Counted from the stretch's first letter, positions 47,474 to 56,904 are shown. The stretch is DNA of 64,000 nucleotides from Williamsia sp. (GCF_016462415.1 NZ_JAEMTF010000003.1:28837-92836), one strand, 5' to 3'. Notes: generated by a model from the sequence alone, not told the origin. A program made the numbers and translations.

Positions 47474-48156
47474 CCGAGCCCACCAATGCGATCGCAGGAC
47501 TACTCGCCGGCGCTGCCGGGGCAGCGTTCATCAACGATCAGGCCCAACACGTCCTGGTCGAACAAGTCCGCAAACGTCTCGCGACCGAGATCACCGGAAT
47601 GGTCGAAGCCGCGTTCTCCGAACACATCGACGCCGAAACTAACTTCCAGCTTCAACAAGCAGCGAGCGACATGGTCCTCGATCAACTCGCCTCAGCCACC
47701 CTCGACCCGATGCAACCCGGTGACGATACCGACACCGTCGAGGACGTCCCCGAGCTCGTCTATCCCGACCTCGGTACGTTCGTACACGACAAGATCGCCT
47801 ACAGCTATCGCCGCGAGGTCACCGAAGGCATCGACCGGCGCTGGTGCCCGGAGTGGTGGCGACACGAGGAGGCCAACTCCCGCCTCGAGGCGCTGTGGCG
47901 GGCGTGGGAACACCTGCGCCTGGACCCGGCCACCGGGATGAGTGTGTGGTGGCGCGATCACGCCGATCACCACATGGAAAAGCTGTTCGATCCCGAAGGC
48001 CCGTTCAAGGCGTGCTCGGTACGCGAGGGGCACGCGGTTCCCGACTCGATCAGCTTTGTCCCCGCCCTGCCGATGGCCGATGAACCCTCGCCACTGTTCA
48101 CCATCGACACGAGCGGGACCGGCGACATCGACGATGAGTTGGCGACGATGCGATGA
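47470..48156 (+). CDS. DUF4913-like protein
   Basis: Frame of ORF 46708..48156 trimmed to ATG 47470 (ATGA overlap with the VirD4 stop). RWCPEWWRHEEANSRLEALWRAWEHLRLDPATGMSVWWRDHADHHM matches my memory of DUF4913 from actinobacterial conjugative elements. Confidence 0.7.
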   Translation: MTEPTNAIAGLLAGAAGAAFINDQAQHVLVEQVRKRLATEITGMVEAAFSEHIDAETNFQLQQAASDMVLDQLASATLDPMQPGDDTDTVEDVPELVYPDLGTFVHDKIAYSYRREVTEGIDRRWCPEWWRHEEANSRLEALWRAWEHLRLDPATGMSVWWRDHADHHMEKLFDPEGPFKACSVREGHAVPDSISFVPALPMADEPSPLFTIDTSGTGDIDDELATMR

Positions 48157-48941
48157 CTGTCACCGTCTACTCCACCCCGAACTGCGTGCAGTGCAAGGCG
48201 ACCTATCGCGCGCTGGACAAGCTCGAAATCCCTCACGTGTCGGTCGATCTAGCGACCGATGACGTCGCGAGGACGCGGCTCCGCGACGAGTTGGGCTACA
48301 CCCAGGCTCCGGTCGTCGTGGCCGGCGACGAGCACTGGTGCGGATACCGGCCCGACCGGATCAAAGGCGTTACCGCTGAGGTCCGCCAGGTCGACACACC
48401 GGCGCCTGATCCGCCGACACCGTCGCGGGAGGGGGTTCGGATCATCGGTGGACTCGAGATCCCTGAGTACACCCAACCCGACCTGTCCGCAGTCGAAGCT
48501 TGGATGGCCATCAGCCTCGACGCGGCGCGATCGGCGGGTCAAGTGCCCGAGCTGGGCAGCCCGCAGTGGGTGGAGATGTCGAACAACGACCCCCGCAAGC
48601 TCGGAGCGGTGATGGCCGCCGCCGCGAGCGAGGTCCGCGCCCGCCACGCACTGCCCACGCGGGTGCGCACCGAACTCGACAGCCTCAACGCCGACTACCG
48701 CGAGGCGATCGGGCAAGCCAATGACGCCGTGGCCGCAGAACTACGTGGCCGCCCTACCGGCCCAAGCTTCGCCGAGCTGCAACGCCGCCGATACGGCGAT
48801 CGGGCCAGCGAAGTGACCGCGATTCAGCGCGTCGCCAACGACTTCCCCACCAATTCACGGCCCCAGTCGACTCCGGCCGCAGCGGCGCATTTCCGCCGCG
48901 TTATCCACGCCCCGGCCCGTGCCGGCGGCATCGAGCGCTAA
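48153..48941 (+). CDS. NrdH-like glutaredoxin fused to a DUF2742-like domain
   Basis: N-terminus VTVYSTPNCVQCKATYRALDK...APVVV has the CxxC redoxin fold. The C-terminal GSPQWVEMSNNDPRKLGAVMAAAASE resembles DUF2742 of actinophages and ICEs (from memory). Confidence 0.65.
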   Translation: MTVTVYSTPNCVQCKATYRALDKLEIPHVSVDLATDDVARTRLRDELGYTQAPVVVAGDEHWCGYRPDRIKGVTAEVRQVDTPAPDPPTPSREGVRIIGGLEIPEYTQPDLSAVEAWMAISLDAARSAGQVPELGSPQWVEMSNNDPRKLGAVMAAAASEVRARHALPTRVRTELDSLNADYREAIGQANDAVAAELRGRPTGPSFAELQRRRYGDRASEVTAIQRVANDFPTNSRPQSTPAAAAHFRRVIHAPARAGGIER

Positions 48942-48965
48942 CCCCACCAGCAAGGAAACTCCGTC

Positions 48966-49931
48966 ATGAGCCAGCCCGCCGAGCACGATGAAATCCTCAA
49001 CGAGATCGCCACCGTGCTGCGCACACTGACCGCGGCGGCATCGCGGTTCGCTGAGGTCCGCGCCCGCCGCCGTGAACAACAGCTGCGCGACGCGACCGCC
49101 CGCAGCGAGCAGCAGCGCCGCGAGACAACGGCCCGCATCGACTCCCAGCAGCGGATGGCCGAGGCGTCGCTGCGTCAGGTGTTCCAAGAGCAGTGGTGGA
49201 ACGACGCCGACCCGCTGAAGTTCGCCAACGCCTACCGCGCAAGCCGGGAATGGAGCGACCGCTCCCCGGTGGCCTCAACTGCCCGCGACCACATGGAGTC
49301 ACAGTTCAAGGACCGCTACAACCTCGAGGTGCGTGCCCTCTACGACGAGCACAACCACATCGAACAGCTACTCAACGATGCCCAGAAAGACCGTGACGGC
49401 GCGTCGACGAACCAGCAGAGCTCCGACAGGGAGGCCGCCGCTGTGCGCGCCCTGCTCGCCGACGCCGACCGCGAAGACCGCGCCGCAGAGCGTGAGGACC
49501 CCGCCGAGTGGGCGCAGCATCGCGTCGAGCTCGAAGATCAGCTCGCCGGGTGGGGACTCGACGACGGGATACCCCCGCCCAGCGACCAGGAGGTCGCCTA
49601 CGTCCAGGAGCAGATCGCCAACTACGACGCCCTGCTCGACAACAACGACCCCGCCCAGACACCCGAAGCAGGAGCCCACCTCGATCAGGCCAGCGCCGAT
49701 CGGGTCGCCGCCGACGTCGGCTACGACTCCACGCAGCGTCGCGCGGGCACCGCCCGAGCACTACTCGCCCAGGGCATCGGCACAGAGGCGGTCGCCGCGC
49801 GGATGTCGGCCGATCAGGACCAGGCTCACCCCGCCACCCAAGCCGTCGCCAACGGCCCTCAGCGCGCCCCCAAGGCCCGTAAGGGCCGACCCGGCTCCAA
49901 CCACAACCGTCAGCGGGAGCAGGGCCGGTGA
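48966..49931 (+). CDS. hypothetical protein, charged/coiled
   Basis: AAGGAA RBS. Composition is Glu/Arg/Asp/Gln-rich and helical. No motif recognised. Confidence 0.55.
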   Translation: MSQPAEHDEILNEIATVLRTLTAAASRFAEVRARRREQQLRDATARSEQQRRETTARIDSQQRMAEASLRQVFQEQWWNDADPLKFANAYRASREWSDRSPVASTARDHMESQFKDRYNLEVRALYDEHNHIEQLLNDAQKDRDGASTNQQSSDREAAAVRALLADADREDRAAEREDPAEWAQHRVELEDQLAGWGLDDGIPPPSDQEVAYVQEQIANYDALLDNNDPAQTPEAGAHLDQASADRVAADVGYDSTQRRAGTARALLAQGIGTEAVAARMSADQDQAHPATQAVANGPQRAPKARKGRPGSNHNRQREQGR

Positions 49932-50152
49932 GACTGAATCCGCGACGCAAAACGCCGCCCCCGGCGTCCGCACCGCCAACGGCGCGTGGGTCCGGCAGCG
50001 CAATACCGAGGCCCACCCGAGCCGAACTCGAAGCCCTCGACCTTGCACAGAAGGCGCGGATCGCCGAGCTGCTGAGTCAGGTCGAGGAACTGCGGCAGTA
50101 CATCCCGCCGTGGCTGCGTGACACCGAGGGACAGGCACACCCTCATGAGTGA
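49928..50152 (+). CDS. hypothetical small protein
   Basis: GTGA overlap with the upstream stop. The C-terminal half is helical (AELEALDLAQKARIAELLSQVEELRQYIPPWL). Confidence 0.4.
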   Translation: MRLNPRRKTPPPASAPPTARGSGSAIPRPTRAELEALDLAQKARIAELLSQVEELRQYIPPWLRDTEGQAHPHE

Positions 50153-50789
50153 ACTCAGCAACGACGAGCTGGCCGACGTCACTCGCCGACAAGGCCATCA
50201 GATCGCCGCTCTCGAGGAAGAGGTACGCCGACTCAAGGAGTGGATCGGCACCGAGATCGGGCAGATGACCGACCGTGCCGACCAGTTCGGTGTCACCCCG
50301 GTACGCGGCGCGAGCCGCGGTGGCGGCGGTCCGTCGATCGCCCATCCGGGTACCGGGTTCGCCGCCGCGCATCTGCTGAACCTCGACACCAGCCCGCACA
50401 ACGACCGCGCTTCCGAGCCCACTGCACCCGACGTCGCTGGCCTACTGGCCGGCCACAACCGCACCTGGCTCACCGCTGTCGGCGGCGCCGAGGTCCTCGA
50501 CGCCTACCAATCGAGTCGAGCGGCCACCGACTCATCGGTGGCGGCAGAACCGTTGGCAGAGCACATCGGGCGACTCCTGCAGGACTACGGCGTCAACGTC
50601 GACGATCTCGCCGAGTTGCCGCCCGAGCAGGGCGCGGCACGGATCGACCAAGCAATCGCCGACACCGCCCGCCGCCGTAGCGGCTTTCCCGCACCGGCCA
50701 CATCGGTACTCAACCTCGACACCACCAGCACCGAGAAAGCGGCCAAGCAACGCGGTGGAGCCTACCGGTCACATGGGCACGAACGGTGA
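50145..50789 (+). CDS. hypothetical protein
   Basis: ORF 50118..50789 trimmed to ATG 50145 (MSELSNDELADV...), overlapping the previous stop. Coiled N-terminus. Confidence 0.5.
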   Translation: MSELSNDELADVTRRQGHQIAALEEEVRRLKEWIGTEIGQMTDRADQFGVTPVRGASRGGGGPSIAHPGTGFAAAHLLNLDTSPHNDRASEPTAPDVAGLLAGHNRTWLTAVGGAEVLDAYQSSRAATDSSVAAEPLAEHIGRLLQDYGVNVDDLAELPPEQGAARIDQAIADTARRRSGFPAPATSVLNLDTTSTEKAAKQRGGAYRSHGHER

Positions 50790-50799
50790 AAGGACCACC

Positions 50800-51130
50800 G
50801 TGACCGCCCCCGAGCCGCGCCCGCCGCTGAGTGCAGCCGGCCTGATCGAAATGCTTCAGCAGATCGCCCGAGCGAACTACGACCAGGCCGCAATCAACCA
50901 ATCCAGCAGCGATGGTGAGACATACGAACTCGTCGCCGACGTCATCACCCGAGCCATCCCGGCCGACTGGTCACGCTACGCACGCGACCTGCCGTCACCG
51001 AGGTGGCCGACCAAATCGGGGCATCGCTGTCCTCCCCAAGCGCGAGCTGACCGAACTCTCCCCAGCCCGCCACGCAATTGACTTGGCCCACCGCCAGATT
51101 CACTCCATGCGCGAAACGCATCGAATATGA
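50800..51130 (+). pseudogene. small hypothetical gene apparently broken by two 1-nt deletions
   Basis: GTG 50800 (AAAGGA upstream) opens ...GLIEMLQQIARANYDQAAI...SRYARDLP. Coding-like sequence then moves to a second frame (VTEVADQIG, from about 50994). It moves to a third frame after the G-run at 51018-51021 (IAVLPKRELTELSPARHAIDLAHRQIHSMRETHRI*, end 51130). Confidence 0.4.
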
Positions 51131-51161
51131 AGACGGCGCTGGCGCGGCACTCGAAACCCGC

Positions 51162-52511
51162 CTAGTGCAGCGCTCGGACAACTCCGTGGATCGCACGGTT
51201 GATCCAGGCGGCGTCGCAGACGGCGATACCGTCGATCGTTCCTTCGTAGACGCCGTGGTGATCACGTGCAGTGGCCGACCATGTTCCGGTGATGGCGGTC
51301 GCGTCGCAGTCTCTAGGCACTAGCAAAACAACCTCGCCGTTTGGCGAGGTCACTACGTCGCGTGGTCGAAGCTCGTTTAGCGAGATCGCGAGTTCGGCCG
51401 GTCCGTTGATGCGGAGACCACCGGGGGTCGGCGGCAGTACAGGGATCCGCGCTGCTTCAGGACGCTTAGTGATTGCGTAATTCGGAATGGGGATTGAGAA
51501 CGGTCTCGGACCGTAAGCCCTCGGCGGGGTGGGGATCAGTTTTGCGGCGTTGCTGACCGATCCTTGAGCCCTATGAGCTATTACGGGCTCGTTGAACCGC
51601 ACTGATACCCGAACTCCCTCCAGAAACGTGTCATTGAGGTTCGCGATGCGTAGGCGGAATGGCTGCCAGCAGGCCAGGATGTGTTCGATTACGTCCGGGA
51701 TGGCGTTCTTTGCGGCCGTGGCCCATTCGGCGACCTCGCCGAGATACTCGTCTCGGCTTCGAGGATCCGGCTCTTGTGAGAGCGCCGCGATGTTGGCCGG
51801 CGTGAAGATGTTGCTTCCGGCCATGCCGCGGTAGGAAGTTTGAGCCGACGCATCGGGAAGTGCACGCCTGAGCTGCGCGGCGGTTCGGTCGACATACATG
51901 GTGAGCGCAGCGTCGTCGTAGCCGCAGTGAAGGGCGTCGCCGTCGCCCGTCACAGCGATGCTCGCATCGAGCGGTGTCTTGCGCGTCCGGGCAATGAGCG
52001 CCCGGATTTCGCCACCCTTCGCACGACGTGTTGCTCCGTCAGTCCGAATGTAGATGTCGCCGTCGACCAACCCATCGGCCCCATCGCTATGGCACGTCGC
52101 TATGACTGTCGGCTCCGGAGGGGCGACAACGATGACAACGACATCTTTCCCGTCAAGCTGCACTCGCTGCACATCCCAATGCGGCCCGTTATCGCCAATA
52201 GCGGCTCGCACCGCATCGGCGAGCTGGTGCATCTCGAAGGGCTGCACCCCCACCACAGCGTTCGGCGCGATACCGAGAACCATGATCGCGTGCCCGTCCA
52301 GCCACGGCGCAGCCACGGCCGGATCGCGGTTCGATGCGCCGAGAATGAACTTCGCGACCTTGACCCGCCCACTCTTCTGCGTCAGCTCAATGTCTGACTT
52401 GAGCTCGAGGAAGTGCCGTTCGGCACGATCATCGGTGGCCACCAGGTGCTCGATGAGCGTGGTCCATCCCATCTGCCCTCTCGGCAGATGAGTGAAATCA
52501 GGGTTCGCCAC
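51162..52511 (-). CDS. AlbA_2 / Schlafen-like DNA-binding domain protein with an unknown C-terminal half
   Basis: The N-terminal ~190 aa fit the AlbA_2 pattern: ERHFLELKSDIE, VAKFILGASNRD, HAIMVLGIAPNAVVGV, KDVVVIVVAPPEP and GDIYIRTDGATRRAKGGEIRALI. Confidence 0.6.
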   Translation of the reverse strand: MANPDFTHLPRGQMGWTTLIEHLVATDDRAERHFLELKSDIELTQKSGRVKVAKFILGASNRDPAVAAPWLDGHAIMVLGIAPNAVVGVQPFEMHQLADAVRAAIGDNGPHWDVQRVQLDGKDVVVIVVAPPEPTVIATCHSDGADGLVDGDIYIRTDGATRRAKGGEIRALIARTRKTPLDASIAVTGDGDALHCGYDDAALTMYVDRTAAQLRRALPDASAQTSYRGMAGSNIFTPANIAALSQEPDPRSRDEYLGEVAEWATAAKNAIPDVIEHILACWQPFRLRIANLNDTFLEGVRVSVRFNEPVIAHRAQGSVSNAAKLIPTPPRAYGPRPFSIPIPNYAITKRPEAARIPVLPPTPGGLRINGPAELAISLNELRPRDVVTSPNGEVVLLVPRDCDATAITGTWSATARDHHGVYEGTIDGIAVCDAAWINRAIHGVVRALH

Positions 52512-52674
52512 GAATCAAGGGTGCCATCCACTTCAGACACCGGCGAGATCGCCCATGGTCTCACCGAACCGGGCGACGTTGACCGCTTTCGGGGTTCGGC
52601 GGGCAGAGGTCGGAGTGGACGTGACGTGCAGGGTGCGACGCTGGTACTCGGTCAGTGACCGAGCAGCGAGCGGG

Positions 52675-53895
52675 TCATGCGGAAGTCGAGGGCTTGGTGA
52701 TAACGACGGGAAGTATTGCCAGCGAGACGCGCCGCCCTTCTGCGTCGGCGGTGAAGACGTAGTCCACCAGCCGCGCCGGGTCGCCACCTTCGACGGTCTC
52801 TACGTACTTGGGGTGCGCTTCTGCCGCGGAGTGCAGCTTGTCGATGATGGCGACCGGGTCGGCGGCGCCGATGAACATCACCAGCGCCGCTTTGCTGTCG
52901 CGCCAGACCAGGTAACCGAGCAGCTGTGTGAGAGCATCGGTGGCGGTCTTTTGGCCGCGCCAGATCTTCAGCTCCGCGATGAAGGCGTTGCGGTCCTCAT
53001 GGCGGATGAGGATGTCGGTCTTGCCCTCCCCGTTGAACAGTTCGCCGCCAGCAGCTCCTTGCCAGTAGCTGTTGAGAGTCCCCAGCAGCAGATCGCGTAA
53101 CCCCTCCTCATCCAGTTTCCGTGTGGTGGCCGGGGACCGCTCAATGGTGTTTGCCCACGACCGCACGGCGTCCAGCGTGTCTCGGTACACCGCTTCTTCC
53201 AGGACGGGCTCGGCCACCACTCCGGCCTGTTCGCTCCGCTCTTTGAGGGAGACATGTTTACGTTTCGCCGGTACGGATGGTGGCCGCGGTGCGTCCAGCT
53301 TCCGTACGGGGATATTCAAGTCTGCGACGACCGCCCGGTCGTTCTCAATGCGCGAGCGGCGAGCGGCAACGACCTCACGGAGGCGTGTATCGGCGAGCCT
53401 TAGGAAGTCCCGCAGCTCGCTGTTTGCCCACTCAGCTCGTCGGATCATGTCGGCCCGCGCATCTTTGAGGCGGTCAGTAATGATCTCGCTCGTGAGTATC
53501 GGTGCGACTACCCGAACATCGAACTCGCGCCCGTTGACGGTGCCGATCTGAGGCTCGCCCGAGAAGTCGATGGTCCGCGCGCGGTGTGTCAGTAGCGAGA
53601 CGGTGCCGAGGATCGGATACGAGACAACGAACTGGCTGGCCCGCACTTGGCGCATCTCTCGCGTATGTCGGTCGGGCAGATGGAGGGTGGTTTCCTTCGT
53701 CGGACTCCTGGTCGCGTTCCCCCAGTCGAACGAGACCTCGACGGGCATGTGCTCGTCGAGCAACCTCGACACGAGCACGTCCGCGTCTTCTGCCAGGAGT
53801 GCATCTGGGTCCATTCGATCGACCTCAGTAATCGCAGTGTTGAGATGCGAGTGCAGATGGTTGCCGAGCTCCGAGCCCCCACCGAACGGGCTCAT
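52675..53895 (-). CDS. hypothetical protein with a C-terminal PD-(D/E)xK-like nuclease motif
   Basis: ORF 52675..54621 trimmed to ATG 53895 (MSPFGGGSELG...), which forms an ATGA overlap with the relaxase stop. The upstream 242 codons are an Arg-rich shadow of the relaxase gene. C-terminus: GEGKTDILIRHEDRNAFIAELKIWRGQKTATDALTQLLGYLVWRDSKAALVMF (D...E-x-K). Confidence 0.6.
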   Translation of the reverse strand: MSPFGGGSELGNHLHSHLNTAITEVDRMDPDALLAEDADVLVSRLLDEHMPVEVSFDWGNATRSPTKETTLHLPDRHTREMRQVRASQFVVSYPILGTVSLLTHRARTIDFSGEPQIGTVNGREFDVRVVAPILTSEIITDRLKDARADMIRRAEWANSELRDFLRLADTRLREVVAARRSRIENDRAVVADLNIPVRKLDAPRPPSVPAKRKHVSLKERSEQAGVVAEPVLEEAVYRDTLDAVRSWANTIERSPATTRKLDEEGLRDLLLGTLNSYWQGAAGGELFNGEGKTDILIRHEDRNAFIAELKIWRGQKTATDALTQLLGYLVWRDSKAALVMFIGAADPVAIIDKLHSAAEAHPKYVETVEGGDPARLVDYVFTADAEGRRVSLAILPVVITKPSTSA

Positions 53896-55553
53896 GAGCG
53901 CGGTCCGATCTCGCGTTCGGTGCCGCCACGGCGGCGGGCTGGTTCGGCGGGGGTGAGTGTGTTGGATACCGCCGATCCGGGTTCGCGGCGCGGCGCGGTC
54001 GGAGCGATCGGGAAGTCTCCACGAGCGCGCTCGACCGGGGACTGTTGCGCCGAGACAGGTGTGGCTGCGACGGCGGGGATCGCGTTGACGCGGTCCAGTT
54101 CCGACCGCGCCATTGCCGTCAGTGCTTGCGCGCGCTGGAGGTCGCCGGCCGCGCTGTGGGACGCTGCGATGGCGTCGACTGCGGCGAGGAGCTGACGGAT
54201 CAGGACGGTGTAGGCCAGGGTGCTGTTGGCGTGGGCGGTGGCGGTCATCAGGATCATCGCGACCCCACCGGCCGAGACCCGGCCTGCCTTCTTCGGCAAC
54301 GCACGGTGCGCCTGGATGCCCGCCGACCGCGACAGCGCGTCTGACGCGGCCGCGAGCGGGCCGGGTACCGGCTCGGTGCGCGCCGACCATGCGGCGAATA
54401 CCCCGGCGGTCTGTCCGGCAGCGCGTGCCCACGCGGCGCGATCGTCGGCGGGGATGGTCCGCAGGTACGCGGTCCACTTCTCCAGGTCGGCGTGCGCGGC
54501 GCGCAGCAGATCGGGTTGGGTGCCCTTGCGCCGGTTCGCGCCGCGCATCGCCGGTCGTCCGCGCTTCGCGCGCCGCCACTCGGCTGCGGCCTCCAGCGAC
54601 TGCTGCGGGGTATCGTCCCACTCGGCGCGCAGACGCGGCAGCGACAGATCCTTACCGAGCTGTCCTCCACCAAACCAGATGGGTTTGGCGTCGAAGTCGC
54701 GCGACCCGTCACTGTTCCTTGGGGCCTGGGCAACGGAGTAGCCAGTGACGACGTCTTCGCGACCGGCGGCGTACCGCGGCCGGATTAACAGGCCTTCGGC
54801 GCGCACCCGGCGCACAAAGTCGACCTCGGTTCGCGCGGACGTCGCGCACGCCCGCACACTGCGAGCCAACGCGACCCGCGACGGCTCGCTGTCGTTGCGG
54901 CCTTCGGTAGTCGCCACGCGGGCGGCCTTCTCCGCATCCGCGCGGGAGAAGCCACGCGAAACGATTCCGGCTGCGCGGCCCTCGGTGATCGTCAGGCCGT
55001 ACTTGAGTTCCAACTCCGCCGCGACTGACTGAGTCTTCTTCCAGTCGTTCCACAGCGCCACCTTGGTGCCATCCTCACGCACACAGGTCGCGGCGATGTG
55101 GATGTGGTCATTCCCGGCGGCCGACTTTCCGTGATGAATCGCAACCCACCGCGCGGGCGACAGCCCTTCCTCGGCGAAGCCCATCTCGCGCATGAAGTCG
55201 GTAGCGATCTCGCCCCACTCGGTATCGGAAACAACCCGGTCGTCGGCTCTCAGGGACAACGAGCAGTGCCACACGTGTGCATCTCGCACGCCATCGGTGA
55301 GCCACTTTAAGTCGTCGCCCATAACTCGTTTCGGCACGGTCACCTCGGTGCCGAAAACGCGTCGAGGATGTTCCAACTTCCGCGCGATGTCGCGAGCCTC
55401 GAGCGCCGAGAGTTCTGCGTCGTCGTGCCACGCCATGATCGCGGGATCACCGCCAACGAGGTGCGGAGTCTCGTGTTCGTTGGCCTTGCCCGGTCCGACG
55501 AGGTAGCGCAGTAAGCCGGCCATCGTTGCGCCACGCGTCACGTTCGGGATCAT
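53892..55553 (-). CDS. relaxase / mobilisation nuclease (MobA-VirD2-type domain)
   Basis: ORF 53892..55760 trimmed to ATG 55553 (MIPNVTRGATMAGLLRYLVGPGK...). It has the VWHCSLSL block and the histidine triad region HHGKSAAGNDHIHIAAT. The long C-terminal region is helical. Confidence 0.85.
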   Translation of the reverse strand: MIPNVTRGATMAGLLRYLVGPGKANEHETPHLVGGDPAIMAWHDDAELSALEARDIARKLEHPRRVFGTEVTVPKRVMGDDLKWLTDGVRDAHVWHCSLSLRADDRVVSDTEWGEIATDFMREMGFAEEGLSPARWVAIHHGKSAAGNDHIHIAATCVREDGTKVALWNDWKKTQSVAAELELKYGLTITEGRAAGIVSRGFSRADAEKAARVATTEGRNDSEPSRVALARSVRACATSARTEVDFVRRVRAEGLLIRPRYAAGREDVVTGYSVAQAPRNSDGSRDFDAKPIWFGGGQLGKDLSLPRLRAEWDDTPQQSLEAAAEWRRAKRGRPAMRGANRRKGTQPDLLRAAHADLEKWTAYLRTIPADDRAAWARAAGQTAGVFAAWSARTEPVPGPLAAASDALSRSAGIQAHRALPKKAGRVSAGGVAMILMTATAHANSTLAYTVLIRQLLAAVDAIAASHSAAGDLQRAQALTAMARSELDRVNAIPAVAATPVSAQQSPVERARGDFPIAPTAPRREPGSAVSNTLTPAEPARRRGGTEREIGPRS

Positions 55554-55639
55554 TGCGCGGCGATCCGATTGGCTACTCGGCGCCGTGCGCTCGCTGGCGG
55601 TGGGTGGACGTCGATCGGTGCCATCCTCGTCCCCTCTTC

Positions 55640-55740
55640 GGCCCAGCGCAGCGACCCCACATCGTGGGGACTCACACCAAAAGTGTGAAAGATGCCCCAG
55701 CGCAGCGCAAGTGGCATCTCGACTTAGGGCACCTAAGTCC
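55640..55740. other. candidate oriT
   Basis: About 90-190 nt upstream of the relaxase start there are three hairpins. They are CCCCAC-atc-GTGGGG (55655-55669), AGATGCC-n16-GGCATCT (55690-55719) and ACTTAGG-gca-CCTAAGT (55722-55738). There is also a direct repeat CCAGCGCAGCG (55643-55653 and 55697-55707). Confidence 0.4.
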
Positions 55741-55783
55741 ATAGCTTGCTCCCTCGGCATAGCGGGATACTGTCCAATTCAGT

Positions 55784-56728
55784 GTGAGCGTTGCGAACTC
55801 CGTTATGCACGCGCTTCGCGCGCAAGGCTCTACGACAGGAGGACCCGTGACCAAAGGCAACAAGCGCCAACGACGCCAACACCGGAAAGCCAAGGAGCGG
55901 GGCCCATTCATCCCGTCGCAAGAGGACAAATTCATCTCCGTGGACACCGGCCCCCTGTGCTTCTTCAACAAGATCACCGGCACGTTCACGAGTGATGGCG
56001 GCAAAACGCTGACGGTCAAAAGCATCCCCGTCGAGGACACCATTCGCCCGGTCCCCATGAAGTTCAACCCACCGCTGCAGTCCGACGGGACGGACCCAAC
56101 GTGCTTCGATTATCAGTGGCAACAACTCACGTATCTGTTCAACTTTGACGACCCAGCAACATTCGTGAGTGTCGTGGATGCGCTGATTGACGAGGAGAGA
56201 GCGCTCCTCCTCCGCTACGTCACAACATGTCGAAACCTGGCCGGCTACACCATCCTCAACGACAAGCCCGGCTTCCACCTCTCGTGGAAGCGCAGGGGTA
56301 GCGCTACGGTCCGAGCGGACCTACCCAGCCACCAGGAATTCACCGGATTCTCTGCAACGTTCCGGCAGCTCCATAACGATGGCGAGGAGGCCAGCTTCGT
56401 CAAAGTCTGGAACATCATCAACCGTGCCCTCAACGACGCTGGACTCGATGCGACTGCTCTCGCAGATGCACATGAAACGCTCAAGGCATGGAAGAAAGCG
56501 CGCGCCAGGCTCAAGGAGAAAGCTGATCAAGAACTTCAACTACGGCGACACTCTGCACTGGGGCAACACACGTGAGCAGCTGGCGGAGCTCACAAATGAT
56601 CCCTTCACGCCAACTTCTACAAGTTCTGTTGCACCACAACAATGGCCTCGCTGGGCCACCTGTACTTCGGCTTCGCCGTCCTGGCGGCCGCAGCGCTAGG
56701 CGTCCCCGAGCTCGGTCAAAAGACGTAG
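55784..56728 (+). pseudogene. hypothetical gene with two compensating frameshifts
   Basis: ORF 55784..56575 ends ...ARLKEKADQELQ... After the A-run at 56519-56521 the coding-like sequence continues in the next frame (KLIKNFNYGDTLHWGNTREQLAELTNDPF). It returns to the first frame near 56606 (HANFYKFCCTTTMASLGHLYFGFAVLAAAALGVPELGQKT*, stop 56726-56728). The start is ambiguous (GTG 55784, ATG 55805 or GTG 55847). Confidence 0.5.
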
Positions 56729-56904
56729 CCGGCGATGGACTCCCTAGCGATTTCGTTTTTCATGCGTGAGCTGCGCACCCAGCCCGCACAGCGCGCGGCG
56801 TCTCAGCGCGACTCGACGAACTCAGCTCTCTAATTCAGACGGTTGATCGCCGACAGGCGCGGGCCGACGCAGCAGACGACGACGGCGAGGCCCTGCACGA
56901 CGAC

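Noticed and set aside
49333-50121. 262-aa Pro/Thr/Arg-rich + ORF
   Set aside because: It overlaps ORFs 48966..49931 and 49928..50152, which have better composition and start/stop coupling. It looks like an off-frame artefact.
53896-54621. N-terminal 242 codons of ORF 52675..54621
   Set aside because: This Arg-rich stretch lies out of frame inside the relaxase gene. The plausible start is ATG 53895, coupled to the relaxase stop.
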